Source of the DNA: Thermodesulfobacteriota bacterium
GTDB lineage: Bacteria; Desulfobacterota_D; UBA1144; Nemesobacterales; JAJCZQ01
NCBI GenBank assembly: GCA_965215275.1
Contig: OZ244044.1
Span: 640,001 to 704,000 of the forward strand
Direction of reading: 5' to 3'
Length of the DNA: 64,000 nucleotides
Every line of letters starts with the position of its first letter. Position 1 is the first letter of the stretch. The notes below the pieces were generated by a model, which saw only the letters and a list, made by a program, of their open reading frames with translations, did no database searches and was not told where the DNA came from. Below, piece after piece: positions 10,137 to 22,019 of the stretch. Both the position numbers and the translations under genes were made by a program.

Positions 10137-10409
10137 TCACTTTTCATAATGATAACGACAGGAAATGATAGTTAGCTGATCATCGTCAAACGCATATACC
10201 AAGCGATTTTTATTATCTATACGCCGAGACCACAAACCTGTCAAATTTTTACTTCCTTTCAGGAGTTTCGGTTTACCAATGCCCTCAAATGGCGACTGCC
10301 GTGTATCATGAACGAGTTTATTAATGCGGTTTAAGGTTTTTCTGTCTTGATCTTGCCAATAAAGATAGTCCGCCCATGCTTCTCTTGTCCATGAAATAAT
10401 TTCAATCAT
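10137..10409 (-). CDS. yoeB: Txe/YoeB family mRNA interferase toxin
   Basis: 'AWADYLYWQ..D.K..RIN.L', 'PFEGIGKP', 'WSRRID..NRLVY', 'CRYHY'. Confidence 0.93.
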   Translation of the reverse strand: MIEIISWTREAWADYLYWQDQDRKTLNRINKLVHDTRQSPFEGIGKPKLLKGSKNLTGLWSRRIDNKNRLVYAFDDDQLTIISCRYHYEK

Positions 10410-10656
10410 CCATTAATTCATGCTGTTTGGTTTTGCCCGCACGATACTGTTTTATGGACTTTGACAAATGTGCCACATTGGCAGGGCTTTTTAACAAATA
10501 AACAGTTTCCATAAGTGAATTGTACTGATTCAAGGACATAACAACTGCGTCTTCTGCATCACGACGAACAATAACCGTGTGGTTAGAGTCTTCAACGACT
10601 TGATCTAATACTCTTTTTAATTTATTTCGTGCGTCTGAAAAACTTATGGTCCTCAT
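10402..10656 (-). CDS. yefM: Phd/YefM antitoxin
   Basis: 'ISFSDARNKLKRVLDQV', 'METVYLLKSPANVAHL..SI.Q'; overlaps yoeB. Confidence 0.93.
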   Translation of the reverse strand: MRTISFSDARNKLKRVLDQVVEDSNHTVIVRRDAEDAVVMSLNQYNSLMETVYLLKSPANVAHLSKSIKQYRAGKTKQHELMDD

Positions 10657-10974
10657 TTAGATACACCCACTTATATATAATGTAGGATAAATCTAACTTG
10701 TACAAGAATTTATGCAAATTAAAGCATCTTGCACTTTTTAACAAAACAGCGAGGTTCTGGAAATCCCAAGTAAGTGAAAGGAAATTTATTTCTCCCGATA
10801 TGCCCATTAAACTATTAAGCGACTTTTCCTGCCAACTCCCTTTCATTTGATTTGACACTTTTAATCATACTAAAACTCTCAAGTTCATTTATCCTTTGGC
10901 TATTTTTATGATAACCTGTTTTTATGTTACCTGTCTGAGAGAAAAGACACAGATGGACAGACAAGGAGATAAAA

Positions 10975-12045
10975 ATGATCAAGCCCATTAAAGGCATAGA
11001 CAAAATCGCTGAAATTTTGGAAGATCAAGCTGATTATCTTATAGATCATCAATGCAAAACCGTTACCAAAGACCAACTTCACCTTCCCGGTAAGGATTTT
11101 GTTGACAGGGTTTTTATTCCCACGGACAGACCGATAGCCGTACTCAGGAATTTACAGACCATATTTAATACCGGCAATCTAAAAGGAACAGGCTATATAT
11201 CAATACTGCCGGTCGATCAAGGTATTGAGCATTCTGGAGGAGCATCATTTGCCCCAAATCCCATTTATTTTGATCCCGAGAACATAGTAAAACTGGCAAT
11301 AGAAGGCGGATGTAACGCAGTTGCATCATCACTTGGCGTACTTGGTGCGGTGGCAAGAAAATACGCACATAAAATACCTTTTATTCTCAAGATCAACCAC
11401 AACGAACTCCTTACCTATCCAAACAAAGCAGACCAGATCATGTTCGCAAACGTTGACCAGGCATTTGAAATGGGCGCGGTTGCGGTGGGAGCTACTATCT
11501 ATTTTGGTTCAGAGCAAAGCTCAAGACAGATACAAGAAGTTTCAGAGGCTTTCCGGTACGCTCACAGCCTAGGACTTGTAACTGTCCTGTGGGCTTATCT
11601 GAGAAACCCAGCGTTTAAAAAAGACGGTGTTGATCACCACCTATCGGCAGACCTGGAAGGACAAGCCGATCATCTTTCCGCAACTATCGAGGCTGATATC
11701 GTCAAGCAGAAACTGGCAGAAAATAACGGTGGTTTTAACGCGATTGGCTTTGGAAAAACGGATGAGAAAGTCTATTCGGAGCTGAGTTCGGAACATCCGA
11801 TAGACTTAAATCGCTACCAGGTTATTAACTGCTATATGGGTAGAGCAGGCTTGATAAATTCCGGTGGTGCGTCAGGTTCCAACGACCTGGCTGATGCTGT
11901 AAGAACAGCGGTCATAAACAAAAGAGCAGGTGGAATGGGACTTATCTCCGGCAGAAAGGTATTTCAACGACCGGTGAAAGAAGGTGTAGCTATCCTGAAT
12001 TCAATTCAGAACGTTTATCTGGAACGAAAAATCACTGTGGCTTAA
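10975..12045 (+). CDS. fbaB: Class I fructose-bisphosphate aldolase (DhnA type)
   Basis: '[20 protein letters not shown]', 'ADIVKQK', '[15 protein letters not shown]'. Confidence 0.95.
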   Translation: MIKPIKGIDKIAEILEDQADYLIDHQCKTVTKDQLHLPGKDFVDRVFIPTDRPIAVLRNLQTIFNTGNLKGTGYISILPVDQGIEHSGGASFAPNPIYFDPENIVKLAIEGGCNAVASSLGVLGAVARKYAHKIPFILKINHNELLTYPNKADQIMFANVDQAFEMGAVAVGATIYFGSEQSSRQIQEVSEAFRYAHSLGLVTVLWAYLRNPAFKKDGVDHHLSADLEGQADHLSATIEADIVKQKLAENNGGFNAIGFGKTDEKVYSELSSEHPIDLNRYQVINCYMGRAGLINSGGASGSNDLADAVRTAVINKRAGGMGLISGRKVFQRPVKEGVAILNSIQNVYLERKITVA

Positions 12046-12379
12046 TCCTTTGGACTGTCCAATGCAGAGAAACTGAAGTACTAACCTGCAAAAGAGCAAT
12101 GCTACTGTAATTAATATTAAGCATTGTACAAAAGCGGAAGCAAACTGCCAAGGTCATAGTATTAATAATAGAGGATGGAAAGTTTTTACGGTTTATAAAA
12201 GGTTTGTTATAACCGCAACATAATAATTTGTATAGTTACAATTTGAAACCTATGTATATATCACATTGTTATACTCATGTTACAAATTAAGGGAACTATA
12301 TATTTAACTAAGAAGAGAATACTTCCTATATCCCGAATATCATTATCATTGTAAGAAAAGAAAGAAAAAGACCTTACAC

Positions 12380-12409
12380 TTGACATTCGTTCATAATACT
12401 TGGTAAAAT
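12380..12409 (+). promoter_or_regulatory. Sigma70-like promoter of S8 paralog 2
   Basis: TTGACA (12380-12385), 18 nt, TAAAAT (12404-12409); ATG at 12419. Confidence 0.65.
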
Positions 12410-12418
12410 ATAAATGTT

Positions 12419-15400
12419 ATGAAAAATCCAAACATAAAAACACGTAGTTCCATTACCCCCCCCCATCTAAGTCATTACTAACCTTAGTCTTATTTCTTCT
12501 GTTTATACTGGTAATAGCTGCAAAAGGGCAGAGCAGCCTGGAAGAAACATTATCTGAATGCAGAGGTATGAGTTCAGACATAGAAGATCCGTTATACGGA
12601 TGTCAGTGGCATCTGAAGAACACTGGACAGTTTATTTATTCAGGGAAGGAAATAACTGCAGGAGAAGATATAAACATAGAGGGAGTGTGGAACGAAGACG
12701 TATACGGTACCGGAATTAACTTAGCAATAGTAAGTGACGGTATCGACCTTTCACATGAGGACCTTTCTGTAAACGTCCGTTCCGGACCGAACTATGATCT
12801 TTCTGAAAGAAACAATTCTGAAAGAAACAGTTCTGAAAAAGATAATTCAGAAAGAGATGATCATTCAGACGGTTCATCCTTTACCGGAACACGAGCGGCA
12901 GGTGTTATTGCAGCAACTGGATATAACGGACTGGGAGTAAGAGGAGTTGCACCCGGTGCGAGTATATACAGTAATGAGTTAACTGGTGATAACAGGGAAG
13001 CGGACGCGGTGGTCCGTAATAAGGAAATAACTGCAGTATTGGTTAACGGCCGGGGATCTGAGGACGGAGCTTTTTTTCAGGAGGCTTCAACTTCCTGGGA
13101 AGAAGGAGTGGAACTTGGAATAAGTAAAGGGTTTTATGGTAAAGGAGTGTTTTACGTCTGGGGAGCAGGGGACGGTCATGAAAGAGGAGATCAGGCTAAT
13201 TTTTCTGAATATTCTAATTACTACGGCGTAACTGCCGTTTGTTCAACTGACGGTTTTGGAAAAAAGAGTATTTTTTCAGAAGAGGGAGTAAATCTATGGG
13301 TATGTGCACCTGGTTCTGATATTGTAACTACTGATAACAAAAACGATTACGTTGTAACTTCCGGAACATTTCTATCAGCTTCACAGGTTGGAGGAGTGGC
13401 AGCACTGCTGAGAGAGATAAACGGGAATCTGAGCTGGAGGGATATAAAGCTTATACTTGCGGGTTCAGCACGGCAGAACGATTTTTTTGATCCGAGCTGG
13501 GAGACTGGAGCTGTTAAATACGGTTCTGATACGGAAAGATATAATTCTAATCCTAAGTATGGTTTTGGCGTGGTAGACGCAGAAGCAGCTGCAGAACTTG
13601 CAAAAAGCTGGAAAGGCGTTGGAGAGATGAGGACCATTACAGCTTCTTCAGATAATGAACTGACAATTCCTGATGGAGATGGAGAAGCGGACGGGGTCCT
13701 TGTTTCCAGACTTATGATACCGGACCTTGAAGAGGTAACATTTACGGAGTTCGTTGAAGCTGAGCTTGTTCTTTCGTGTGACTGCTTACAGGACCTTAAT
13801 ATACAGATAACCTCTCCTTCCGGGACAGTATCTGAACTTGTGCGGGAGGTTGTAAGGGGATCTTCGAATGAAGAAGAAAACTGCGTCAGTTACCTGAGAA
13901 GAACACATCGTTTCGGGTCGGCTAAACACCTCGGAGAAGACCCTTCCGGAGAATGGATCCTTAAGATCTCTGATACTGCTCCCGGAGATGAAGAAGATGG
14001 AAAAAACACTGTTACCTTACACTCATGGAGCATTAAGGTATACGGGAATTTTTATCAGGGACCTGGCAGTGAGATAAGTACTAAACATCATTTCAGTTTT
14101 GGCAGTCAGACGATAGATGATCAGGTGTATACAACAAGGGTTCAGATAACACCATTAGTGCTGCCTAGGGGAACTGGAGCGAATGGATCAGTAGGTTACA
14201 GTATATCTCCTAATGTACCTGCTGGATTGAGTTTTGATCCTGACACCCGGGTGCTGAGCGGAACACCAACTACTCCACAGGGCAAGACTACTTATACATA
14301 TAGAGCAACAGACGAAAGACCCGATACGATTAGTTTGCGCTTCGGTATCACGGTAAAAGGTCCAGCCGGTGATCCGAGCTTCGGCAGTCAGACGGTAGAA
14401 AATCAGGTTTTTGTTAATGGTTCAGCAGTAACGTTAACTCTGCCTGCTGCAACGGGAGGGGATGGAACTTTAAATTACAGTTTAACTAATAGTATAGGTG
14501 ATCCAATTAAAATTAATGGATTGGATTATAACGAAAACACCAGAACGTTAAGTGGAACGCTCAACGTTTCTCCAAGTGGATTACCTATAACTCAAACTTA
14601 TACTTACAAGGTAACTGATGATGACGGTGATTCTGACAGTATTACTTTCTCTATTACTATAACGGACCTGGCCTTTGACGGTGGGCTTCCTTCTTCTTTT
14701 TATGAATTAGCAGCAAATATATTATCAATAATACCCATTGTACCGGGTAATTCGTTTCCTGTTGCAACGGGAGGTACTCCTCCATATAGATACAGTTTTA
14801 CTCCTGTATTACCAGACGGATTAGCGTATAACTCTAATGACAGAGTTATACGCGGGACACCAACTACTGCAACGCCCAGGACTACCTATGCGTATACCGT
14901 TACTGACAATAACGGACATACGGCTGAATTGATGTTCGATATTGCTGTAAGAGCAGCCTTTAGAGGAAGCACTGTGATAAATAACAAGGTGTATTTAACC
15001 GGTACAGCAGTAACGGAAGTGCTGCCTGAAGCAGATGGACATAATGGAACGTTAACGTACAGTTTAACTCCCAAATTACCTTCCGGACTGGATTTTAATG
15101 AAAACACCCGAGAGATAACCGGAACTCCAGATACTGCAACTTCCAGAAGCACTTATACTTATACGGTAACTGACACAGATGGATTTAAGACCTCAAGGAC
15201 GTTCGATATCACAGTAAGAGCAGAACCCAACACAATGCCTACCTTCGGCAGTGAGACCATAGAAAATAAGGTATATATAAACGGAGAAGCAGTAATGGAA
15301 ACACTGCCTGAAGCAACATCAGGGAATGCTCCATTAACTTACAGTTTAAGTGCTGATTTACCAACTGGATTGAACTTTAATCCTGATACCCGAGTGATAA

Positions 15401-15933
15401 GTGGCACACCTTCTACTGCAACGTCTGAGGCTGATTACACATATACGGTTACTGATATAGATGGAGACACGGATGAGAGAACGTTCAGTATAACAATAGA
15501 AGAAGACAGCGAGCCGGACTTCAGCGTGACGACGATAGAAGATCAGGTGTACATGGGGAGATCAATAAGGTTGCCGGTAGCAACGGGAGGGAATGCACCG
15601 TTAGTATACAGTATAACGCCTCCCTTACCTCCTGGGTTGAGATTGGACAGAAACACCGGGGTAATAAGCGGGACGCCCGCGAGTGCGTCGTCTGAGAGGA
15701 CCTACACGTACACGGTAACGGACAGGAATGGAGACATTAAAGAGTTGACCTTCAGGTTCAGTGCAGCGGCTCCGCCACCGACAGGTAGTGATCCAGGCGG
15801 AGGTGGAGGAGGATGTGCCGTATCAGAGCAAAGCAGCGTTGATGAAGATATTCCTGGAGTAATGGCATGTCTGATACTTATACCCGTGTCGGTATTGATC
15901 AGAAGGAAGGGAAGAGCTTATATAAAGACTTAG
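12419..15933 (+). CDS. S8 paralog 2: pseudo-peptidase + P-domain + 6 putative Ig repeats + GGGGC-CTERM anchor; frameshifted at poly-C (main ORF 12568-15933)
   Basis: S8/P region nearly identical to paralog 1 (triad positions VSDG/TGT/GTF), different Ig stalk, C-terminal GGGGGGCAVS-TM-RRKGR. Confidence 0.88.
12456..12464 (+). repeat. Poly-C tract (C9) in the paralog-2 signal-peptide coding region
   Basis: Read directly; C10 would join ATG 12419 to the main ORF. Confidence 0.9.
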
Positions 15934-16207
15934 TAATTCACTTCTTTCCAGGACATTGAACGGGCTGGAAATTCCTCTAATAAATATATTTAGTAAAGGA
16001 AACTTTATATTGTATGGGAAAGTTTATTCTCCCGATGGGTGCTAAAGATATTATAAACCAGAAGGAAACGAGAGTGAGAGAAGTATCCCGCACTCAGAAC
16101 AGTATGCTTTTTATTTAATAGTTTTTTCTTAAAACATCAGTTGAAGGTTCAAGAAGATATACTGTTTCGGGTTCTTTTTGTGAAGTGTTTTTATTATTAG
16201 CCATTTT

Positions 16208-17098
16208 TTACAACCCACACATCCCTTCGCATTCATCCCTGAGAGATGGTTGTTCCTCTTCCCTGGTGGAAACAAAATCCACTTCTTCAAGTGGAGTTCT
16301 GCTTCTGTGCAAATAAAGATGTCCTCCAAATTTATCTTTTCTTTTAATTTTTCTCAGTGACCTGTCAATTTCAACAGCCTGTTCCCAGCTCTCTATGTCG
16401 TTTTCTTTCATGTGTAGCCACTCCGCGTCCGTATGTAATGGACAACCTATACAAGCACTGCGAGGCAGATTATATCCGGGATAATGTTCTCTAAACCACT
16501 CCACGCAGTCCTTTCGCTCCATTTTCATATCGATCAAGGGCCAACAATTAACACACCACTTGTCCCTGCTACCTTTCATTCTGAACAACTCGTCATAGGA
16601 AAGTCCTATCCATTGCTCCACAACTGAGTTTTTAGGAAAACATTGCCTTTTGCTTAAACCGATCATCTGTCTAATCTGCTGTCTTATAGGCGTTATCTTA
16701 TATTCATTAGTGCATTGACGACGAGCAATTGCCTTTTTTCCATCTTGATTAAATGTATAAACAGGTATTGTAACAAAGCTGTTACCTGAGCTGTTCGTTC
16801 CGTGCATGATGTGATCCTGGATACTGGCTTTCAGAAACCGACCGTGGGCATCTCTTGGTCTCTTACGTCTGTATTTAACTTTGGTTCTATAAACTTTAAA
16901 AGGAAGTTCTTCTTCGAGCCAATCAAGATGTTTATAAACGCTTTGTGGTTCCCAACCTGTGTCAGCAAATATTGCTGCGTCAGGCAGAGGCAAAGATTCT
17001 CCATCCTTACCTGTCAATTCTTCACGAGACGCCATAAGGGCCATAACAGAAGATTGAACACCGGCACCTAAACTGATAACTCTAATTTCCGTTTTCAT
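16208..17098 (-). CDS. PAPS-reductase/PP-loop family protein with Cys clusters (orphan)
   Basis: PP-loop-like 'SLGAGVQSS', 'FADTGWEP', 'RQCTNEYKITPI', 'SACIGCP', C-terminal 'ECEGMCGL'. Confidence 0.75.
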   Translation of the reverse strand: MKTEIRVISLGAGVQSSVMALMASREELTGKDGESLPLPDAAIFADTGWEPQSVYKHLDWLEEELPFKVYRTKVKYRRKRPRDAHGRFLKASIQDHIMHGTNSSGNSFVTIPVYTFNQDGKKAIARRQCTNEYKITPIRQQIRQMIGLSKRQCFPKNSVVEQWIGLSYDELFRMKGSRDKWCVNCWPLIDMKMERKDCVEWFREHYPGYNLPRSACIGCPLHTDAEWLHMKENDIESWEQAVEIDRSLRKIKRKDKFGGHLYLHRSRTPLEEVDFVSTREEEQPSLRDECEGMCGL

Positions 17099-17336
17099 TT
17101 ACCTACTAATTGGCACAGAATTAATGATGTATTGAGTTTGAAATTTCGCTTGTGGATTTAATCTTTTCACCCGAAATTTCAATGGTCTTAATTAATTAGA
17201 ATTATACCTCAAAAATCTCCCTTTTACTACTCATCATATCCATTTTCACTGACATACTAAAAAGTTTTCGTTCTTTCACTGCAAGATCTGTCTTATAGTC
17301 TTAAAAGTTTTTTCTATAGTTTGAGATAAAGCAATT

Positions 17337-18377
17337 TTAACTGAAAAACGGCAGAACTTCCTTTGTAAGAACATCAAAAGAATGGTCAAGGTCGGGACTG
17401 AAATCCCTCAGGATAAAGTGGTTTACTCCACAGCCGATATATTCCTCGAGCCTTGCCTTAACGTCTTCCGCAGTGCCGTATATTACAAAGTCCGACAGTA
17501 TATCTCTCGTGTAATACCTCTGGCCCATCTCCCTGAACTTTGCAAGCATCTTTGCATCATTGGGCATGATAGTGGTATAGGAAAGCCCATCGTACTCTTC
17601 CGCGATGTTTAACTTGTAACCAGCTTCTCTGATAACATCGGGCCAGATCACGGCATGCTTTATGTTATCAAGGGGTTTATATGCTTCATCCTTATCTCGG
17701 GCGATCGAAACGAAAATATATATGGCTTTTTCAAATCTGCCGCCGGTGCAGATATTCTCTTTTAATCCCTCTTTTACCGTACTTATCTTGTTCGAGTAAA
17801 CCCAGGTGGGCATCGCATTGGTAACCCATCCATCACCAATTTCACCTGCAACCCTCAGGGATTTAGGTCCCGTGGCAGCTACATAAATAGGCACGGACTT
17901 GTTCACAGGGGTAATTCGCAGTTCGGCACTGTTTAACCTGAAATGATCACCGCTGTAGTTTACTTCCTCCCCTCGCCATAGCTTCCTTATAACCGCCACT
18001 GATTCTCTCAGGCGAGCAAGCGCCTTGTCCCATTTAATTCCATAATAATCAAGGTTCATCTTTTCTCCATATCCAAGACAGCTGAAAATCCTGCCGTCAG
18101 ATATATGGTCGACAGTTGCCAGCCTGTGGGCAAGAGTAGCCGGGTGCATCCTGTGAGGGTCCCCTATGGCACCCAGACCTATTTTACTGGTTACAACTGA
18201 TGCACCGGTAATTACCGACCAGACCTCGGGAGTGAGTTTTTTTGCCATGAACATTATGTGGTCGGGAAACCACACACTGTCAAAGCCACCTTTCTCACAT
18301 TTCTGCGTAAAAGCGATCAGGTCCTTAACTGCGATACCCGGTAACGGGGCAACTATCCCTATTTTTGTTTTTTCCAT
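17337..18377 (-). CDS. LLM-class flavin/F420-dependent oxidoreductase
   Basis: 'GFDSVWFPDH', 'DHISDGR', 'PIYVAATGPKSLRVAGEIGDGW'. Confidence 0.88.
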   Translation of the reverse strand: MEKTKIGIVAPLPGIAVKDLIAFTQKCEKGGFDSVWFPDHIMFMAKKLTPEVWSVITGASVVTSKIGLGAIGDPHRMHPATLAHRLATVDHISDGRIFSCLGYGEKMNLDYYGIKWDKALARLRESVAVIRKLWRGEEVNYSGDHFRLNSAELRITPVNKSVPIYVAATGPKSLRVAGEIGDGWVTNAMPTWVYSNKISTVKEGLKENICTGGRFEKAIYIFVSIARDKDEAYKPLDNIKHAVIWPDVIREAGYKLNIAEEYDGLSYTTIMPNDAKMLAKFREMGQRYYTRDILSDFVIYGTAEDVKARLEEYIGCGVNHFILRDFSPDLDHSFDVLTKEVLPFFS

Positions 18378-18476
18378 GACACGTCCATGTTCGGTCTTTC
18401 AGTAAAAATACTATAACGTACTGTCAGAAAGTGCAATTTGACACTAAAATAGCATCTTGGTAACGTTATTTTTGCA

Positions 18477-18773
18477 GTGAAGGTGAAAAAAGTTCACTTG
18501 ACCATTCAGGGAAGAGTTCAGGGAGTTTTCTTCAGAGCTTCGGCAAAGGAGCAAGCGGACAGGCTACGGCTTACCGGATGGGTCAGAAATCTTCCCGAAG
18601 GTTCCGTGGAAATTCAGGTCGAAGGTACGGAAGACGGTCTGGATGAGTTTATTAACTGGTGTCACAAGGGTCCGCCAGGCGCCTCGGTAACAAACGTAGA
18701 CCTGGAATATTTACAGCCGTCTGGAGATATGACTTCTTTTAGTATAGAGTATAGTTTTGAGAGAGAACAATGA
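18477..18773 (+). CDS. acyP: Acylphosphatase
   Basis: 'GRVQGVFFR', 'GWVRNLPEGSVE', 'GPPGASV'. Confidence 0.95.
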   Translation: MKVKKVHLTIQGRVQGVFFRASAKEQADRLRLTGWVRNLPEGSVEIQVEGTEDGLDEFINWCHKGPPGASVTNVDLEYLQPSGDMTSFSIEYSFEREQ

Positions 18774-19414
18774 TAATAAAGTGTATTCCCGGAGGAATGT
18801 TTTTAGAGAACTGCTACATAGTCGGCGATGAAAGTTCGAACGAAGGTATCCTTGTAGACCCCGGCGAGCAGATCGACGATATACTGGAACAGGTAGAAAG
18901 GTCCGGACTTAACATATCAAAAATAGTGAACACGCATAACCACCTTGATCACGTAGCCGGCGTGGAAATAGCCAAGAACAGGCTCCAGATACCCTTTTAT
19001 ATACATAAAAAAGACCAGCCGGTTCTGGATGCCCTGCCGGAGGCATGCCAGAGATGGCCTCAATTCTCGGATATAGTCAAGCCGGAGGTAGATCATTATA
19101 TAGAAGAAGGGGATAAAGTGAAGATCGGTTCTCTGGAGGCAGAGGTCCTTTTAGTCCCCGGACATTCATGGGGACATATATGCCTCGTTGTAGAGGACAA
19201 TATAATTGCAGGGGACACTTTATTTGCGGGGAGCGTGGGCAGAGTGGACCTTACCGGAGGAACCAGCATGGAAGAGCTCCTGGGTTCCATAAGATCAAAA
19301 CTGTTCGTACTGCCTGATTCCTGCAACGTGTTTCCCGGACATGGTCCATCTACCACGATCGGGATAGAAAAAAATTCAAATCCTTTTTTCACAAGAAGTA
19401 TGATGAATTTTTAG
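18770..19414 (+). CDS. MBL-fold metallo-hydrolase (glyoxalase II-like)
   Basis: THNHLDH, PGHSWGH, GDTLF, PGHGP. Confidence 0.92.
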   Translation: MIIKCIPGGMFLENCYIVGDESSNEGILVDPGEQIDDILEQVERSGLNISKIVNTHNHLDHVAGVEIAKNRLQIPFYIHKKDQPVLDALPEACQRWPQFSDIVKPEVDHYIEEGDKVKIGSLEAEVLLVPGHSWGHICLVVEDNIIAGDTLFAGSVGRVDLTGGTSMEELLGSIRSKLFVLPDSCNVFPGHGPSTTIGIEKNSNPFFTRSMMNF

Positions 19415-19429
19415 CAGTTTCATGTCGTC

Positions 19430-19702
19430 ATGTACAGAAAAATAATACGAAATACACTGGTATTGAGCGCGGTGATCGGTTTCGGTTTTGTCTTTCTGTC
19501 AGAAATATCGAAACTCGATCATCTGAAAAAGCAAAACGATGCCATCACGGAAAGGATCGAAGATATAAGCAGACAGAACGAGGATTACAGGGACAAGATC
19601 AAATCCATGAACGAAGATACAAGATACGTTGAGAAGGTAATTCGTGAAGAACTCGGGATGATAAAAGAAGGTGAGAAGATCTACAAGTTTTATAATGAAT
19701 GA
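19430..19702 (+). CDS. Septum formation initiator (FtsB/DivIC family)
   Basis: N-terminal TM, coiled coil, 'YVEKVIREELGMIKEGE'. Confidence 0.85.
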   Translation: MYRKIIRNTLVLSAVIGFGFVFLSEISKLDHLKKQNDAITERIEDISRQNEDYRDKIKSMNEDTRYVEKVIREELGMIKEGEKIYKFYNE

Positions 19703-19785
19703 ACCTTAGCTCCCGCACTTTATCACGCAGTACACGTCCTTGAGACCTTTAACCTCTGAAACCGGTGTCTTGATCACAAAATAAC

Positions 19786-20634
19786 GTGAACGTCCTGAAT
19801 AAAGAAGTTCAAAGGTTCAGACCAACGAAAAAGCTCGGGCAGAACTTTCTTAAAGACAGTACCGTCGTACACGGTATCTGCCAAGCTGCCGGGCTAAACG
19901 AGAGCGATACCGTTATAGAGGTCGGACCGGGATACGGCATACTGACAAAAAAAATACTGGAAAAAGCCGGTCTGCTCTACGCGATAGAAAAAGACACAAG
20001 GCTATACGAACGACTGAAGAACGAACTTTCAGATACAGGTAACGTCAGGATCATCAACGGTGATTTCCTTAAAATGGACATTAAGGAACTCAAGTTCAGT
20101 AACGCACTTAAGTTCGTTTCCAATATCCCATACAATATAACGTCCCCCATCTTATCAATACTCCTTAATAACGGCCGCATGTTCTCAGACGTAGTGATCA
20201 TGGTCCAAAAGGAGTTTGGTGAAAGAATGAGGTCAGCACCTGAAGGAAGGACCTACGGTTCACTTTCCGTTATCTCGCAGACGTACTTTGATATAAAAAA
20301 GGTGTGCCGGGTATCACCGGAGGCGTTCAGACCAAGACCGAAGGTGGAATCGATCGTTCTGAAGTTAAACCCCACGGACAGGTATAAGACCGAAATTACC
20401 GATCATTCTCTTTATAAGGACGTTGTCAGGGCTTCCTTTTCCTTGAAAAGAAAGATGGTCAGTAATTCCTTAAGGTCCGCCTTTAAAAAAGAAGATATAG
20501 ATATCTGCCTTGAAAGATCGGGTATTGAGGGAAAAAGAAGGGCCGAAACCATTGAAATAGAGGAATTTATCCGGCTTGCAAACAGTTTTCATCAGCTGCA
20601 GCAATCAAGCAGCTGTGCAAGAAATATCTCGTAA
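19786..20634 (+). CDS. rsmA: 16S rRNA m6,2A dimethyltransferase
   Basis: 'KKLGQNFL', 'EVGPGYG', 'SNIPYNITSP', 'FRPRPKVES'. Confidence 0.95.
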   Translation: MNVLNKEVQRFRPTKKLGQNFLKDSTVVHGICQAAGLNESDTVIEVGPGYGILTKKILEKAGLLYAIEKDTRLYERLKNELSDTGNVRIINGDFLKMDIKELKFSNALKFVSNIPYNITSPILSILLNNGRMFSDVVIMVQKEFGERMRSAPEGRTYGSLSVISQTYFDIKKVCRVSPEAFRPRPKVESIVLKLNPTDRYKTEITDHSLYKDVVRASFSLKRKMVSNSLRSAFKKEDIDICLERSGIEGKRRAETIEIEEFIRLANSFHQLQQSSSCARNIS

Positions 20635-22001
20635 AAATCCTTTATCTCATCGCCAGGCCCATTGTAAATGACCGAAAATACCAATACGTTACCATTTTCA
20701 GCATAAATATAACCGGACAATGCCCTGACCTCGTTCAGATACCCCGTCTTTGCAATAACTCGTCCCTTGATCAGTGAGTTGCTGAAATTTTTCTTAAGTG
20801 TGCCATCGACTCCCGCTACCGGAAGGGATGATAAAAATTCAGAAGAAAAACCAGGGTCGTAATATGCCAGCACTAATATTTCCGCCAGTACTTTTGGAGA
20901 TACTTTATTGTATACCGAAAGACCGGAACCATCGTATATCTCCATTTTGTTCCCAATTCCCTGTTCCCGTATGAACTCCATGATCACCGAGGCACCGTCC
21001 TCCCGTGTTCCCGGAGACCGTACAAATTCCGCTCCCAGTGTCTTTACCAGTGCTTCACCTATAATGTTAACGCTGTCCTTATTGAACTCATTGATGATCT
21101 CATAAAGCGGGTCGGAGTAATGAACGTAAAGAAGCTTGGACGATCTGGGGACTTTCCTTGAGGAGATCCTGCCGTTAAACCTTATCCCTTCACTGGCAAG
21201 GAGTTCTGTAAACACCTTACCGAAATACTTCCTCGGATCTGATACTGCAACCTCAATGGTTTTTACGCCGTCTCTGGGATCTATATCGCCACTTACTTTA
21301 AGCACCTTATCGGACTTTAGTTCAACCGTCAGTTCCCCGTCCCTGGTCTTCCTGCTGGTTACCGCCCTGTTCCTTACACGCAGACCATAATGCTCAGGGT
21401 AGACCTTCACTTCCGGACGACGACCCGATCTTAAAGGAGTTACGACGACCTTCACCGTGTTGTAATTCAGGTTAAAGGCACTGATAGGCGGAGAGTAGTA
21501 ATCCCCTATCCACTCTGTTTTCCAGCCGGCAGGGTATTTAACGTTATCAAAATAGGTCTCATCAAAATACAGGTTGCCTTTTATCCTCTTGATCCCTATC
21601 GCCTTCATGCTCCTTATGATCTCTATCAGGTCTTCGGTCTTTATGCTCGGGTCCCCGTAGGCCTTTACGTATAATCCTCCCCGGAGCGATCCCTTATGAA
21701 CTTCCTCGTCTGCGTAAAATTCCGTTTTAAACCTGTAATATTTTCCAAGTAAGGAAAGTGCGGCATAGGAAGATATGAGCTTGTTATTAGAAGCAGGAAT
21801 AAAGTTTTCGCTTTCGTTGTGGCCAAATACAACCGGACCGTCGTCTTTAAGGGATCTTACATAAACGCCCAGCCTGCCGCCGCTTTCTGTACTGTAAGGT
21901 ATTAAGGCCCTGAGCTTCTGCTGATAGCCGGTAAAGCAGTAGCCGGACAGTGGAAATAAGATCAGGGCAAGGAACAGCAAACCTCTGTAAACTCTGTTCA
22001 T
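20592..22001 (-). CDS. dacB: D-Ala-D-Ala carboxypeptidase/endopeptidase PBP4 (S13)
   Basis: SxxK 'PASNNK', SxN 'DSVN', 'DGSGLS', 'AKTG'. Confidence 0.92.
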   Translation of the reverse strand: MNRVYRGLLFLALILFPLSGYCFTGYQQKLRALIPYSTESGGRLGVYVRSLKDDGPVVFGHNESENFIPASNNKLISSYAALSLLGKYYRFKTEFYADEEVHKGSLRGGLYVKAYGDPSIKTEDLIEIIRSMKAIGIKRIKGNLYFDETYFDNVKYPAGWKTEWIGDYYSPPISAFNLNYNTVKVVVTPLRSGRRPEVKVYPEHYGLRVRNRAVTSRKTRDGELTVELKSDKVLKVSGDIDPRDGVKTIEVAVSDPRKYFGKVFTELLASEGIRFNGRISSRKVPRSSKLLYVHYSDPLYEIINEFNKDSVNIIGEALVKTLGAEFVRSPGTREDGASVIMEFIREQGIGNKMEIYDGSGLSVYNKVSPKVLAEILVLAYYDPGFSSEFLSSLPVAGVDGTLKKNFSNSLIKGRVIAKTGYLNEVRALSGYIYAENGNVLVFSVIYNGPGDEIKDFYEIFLAQLLDCCS

Positions 22002-22019
22002 GATCCGTTCTTTGTATAT

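Noticed and set aside
10770..10815. Short similarity to 16017-16055 (ggaaa.tt.att.ctcccgat)
   Set aside because: Too short and degenerate to call a repeat element by eye.
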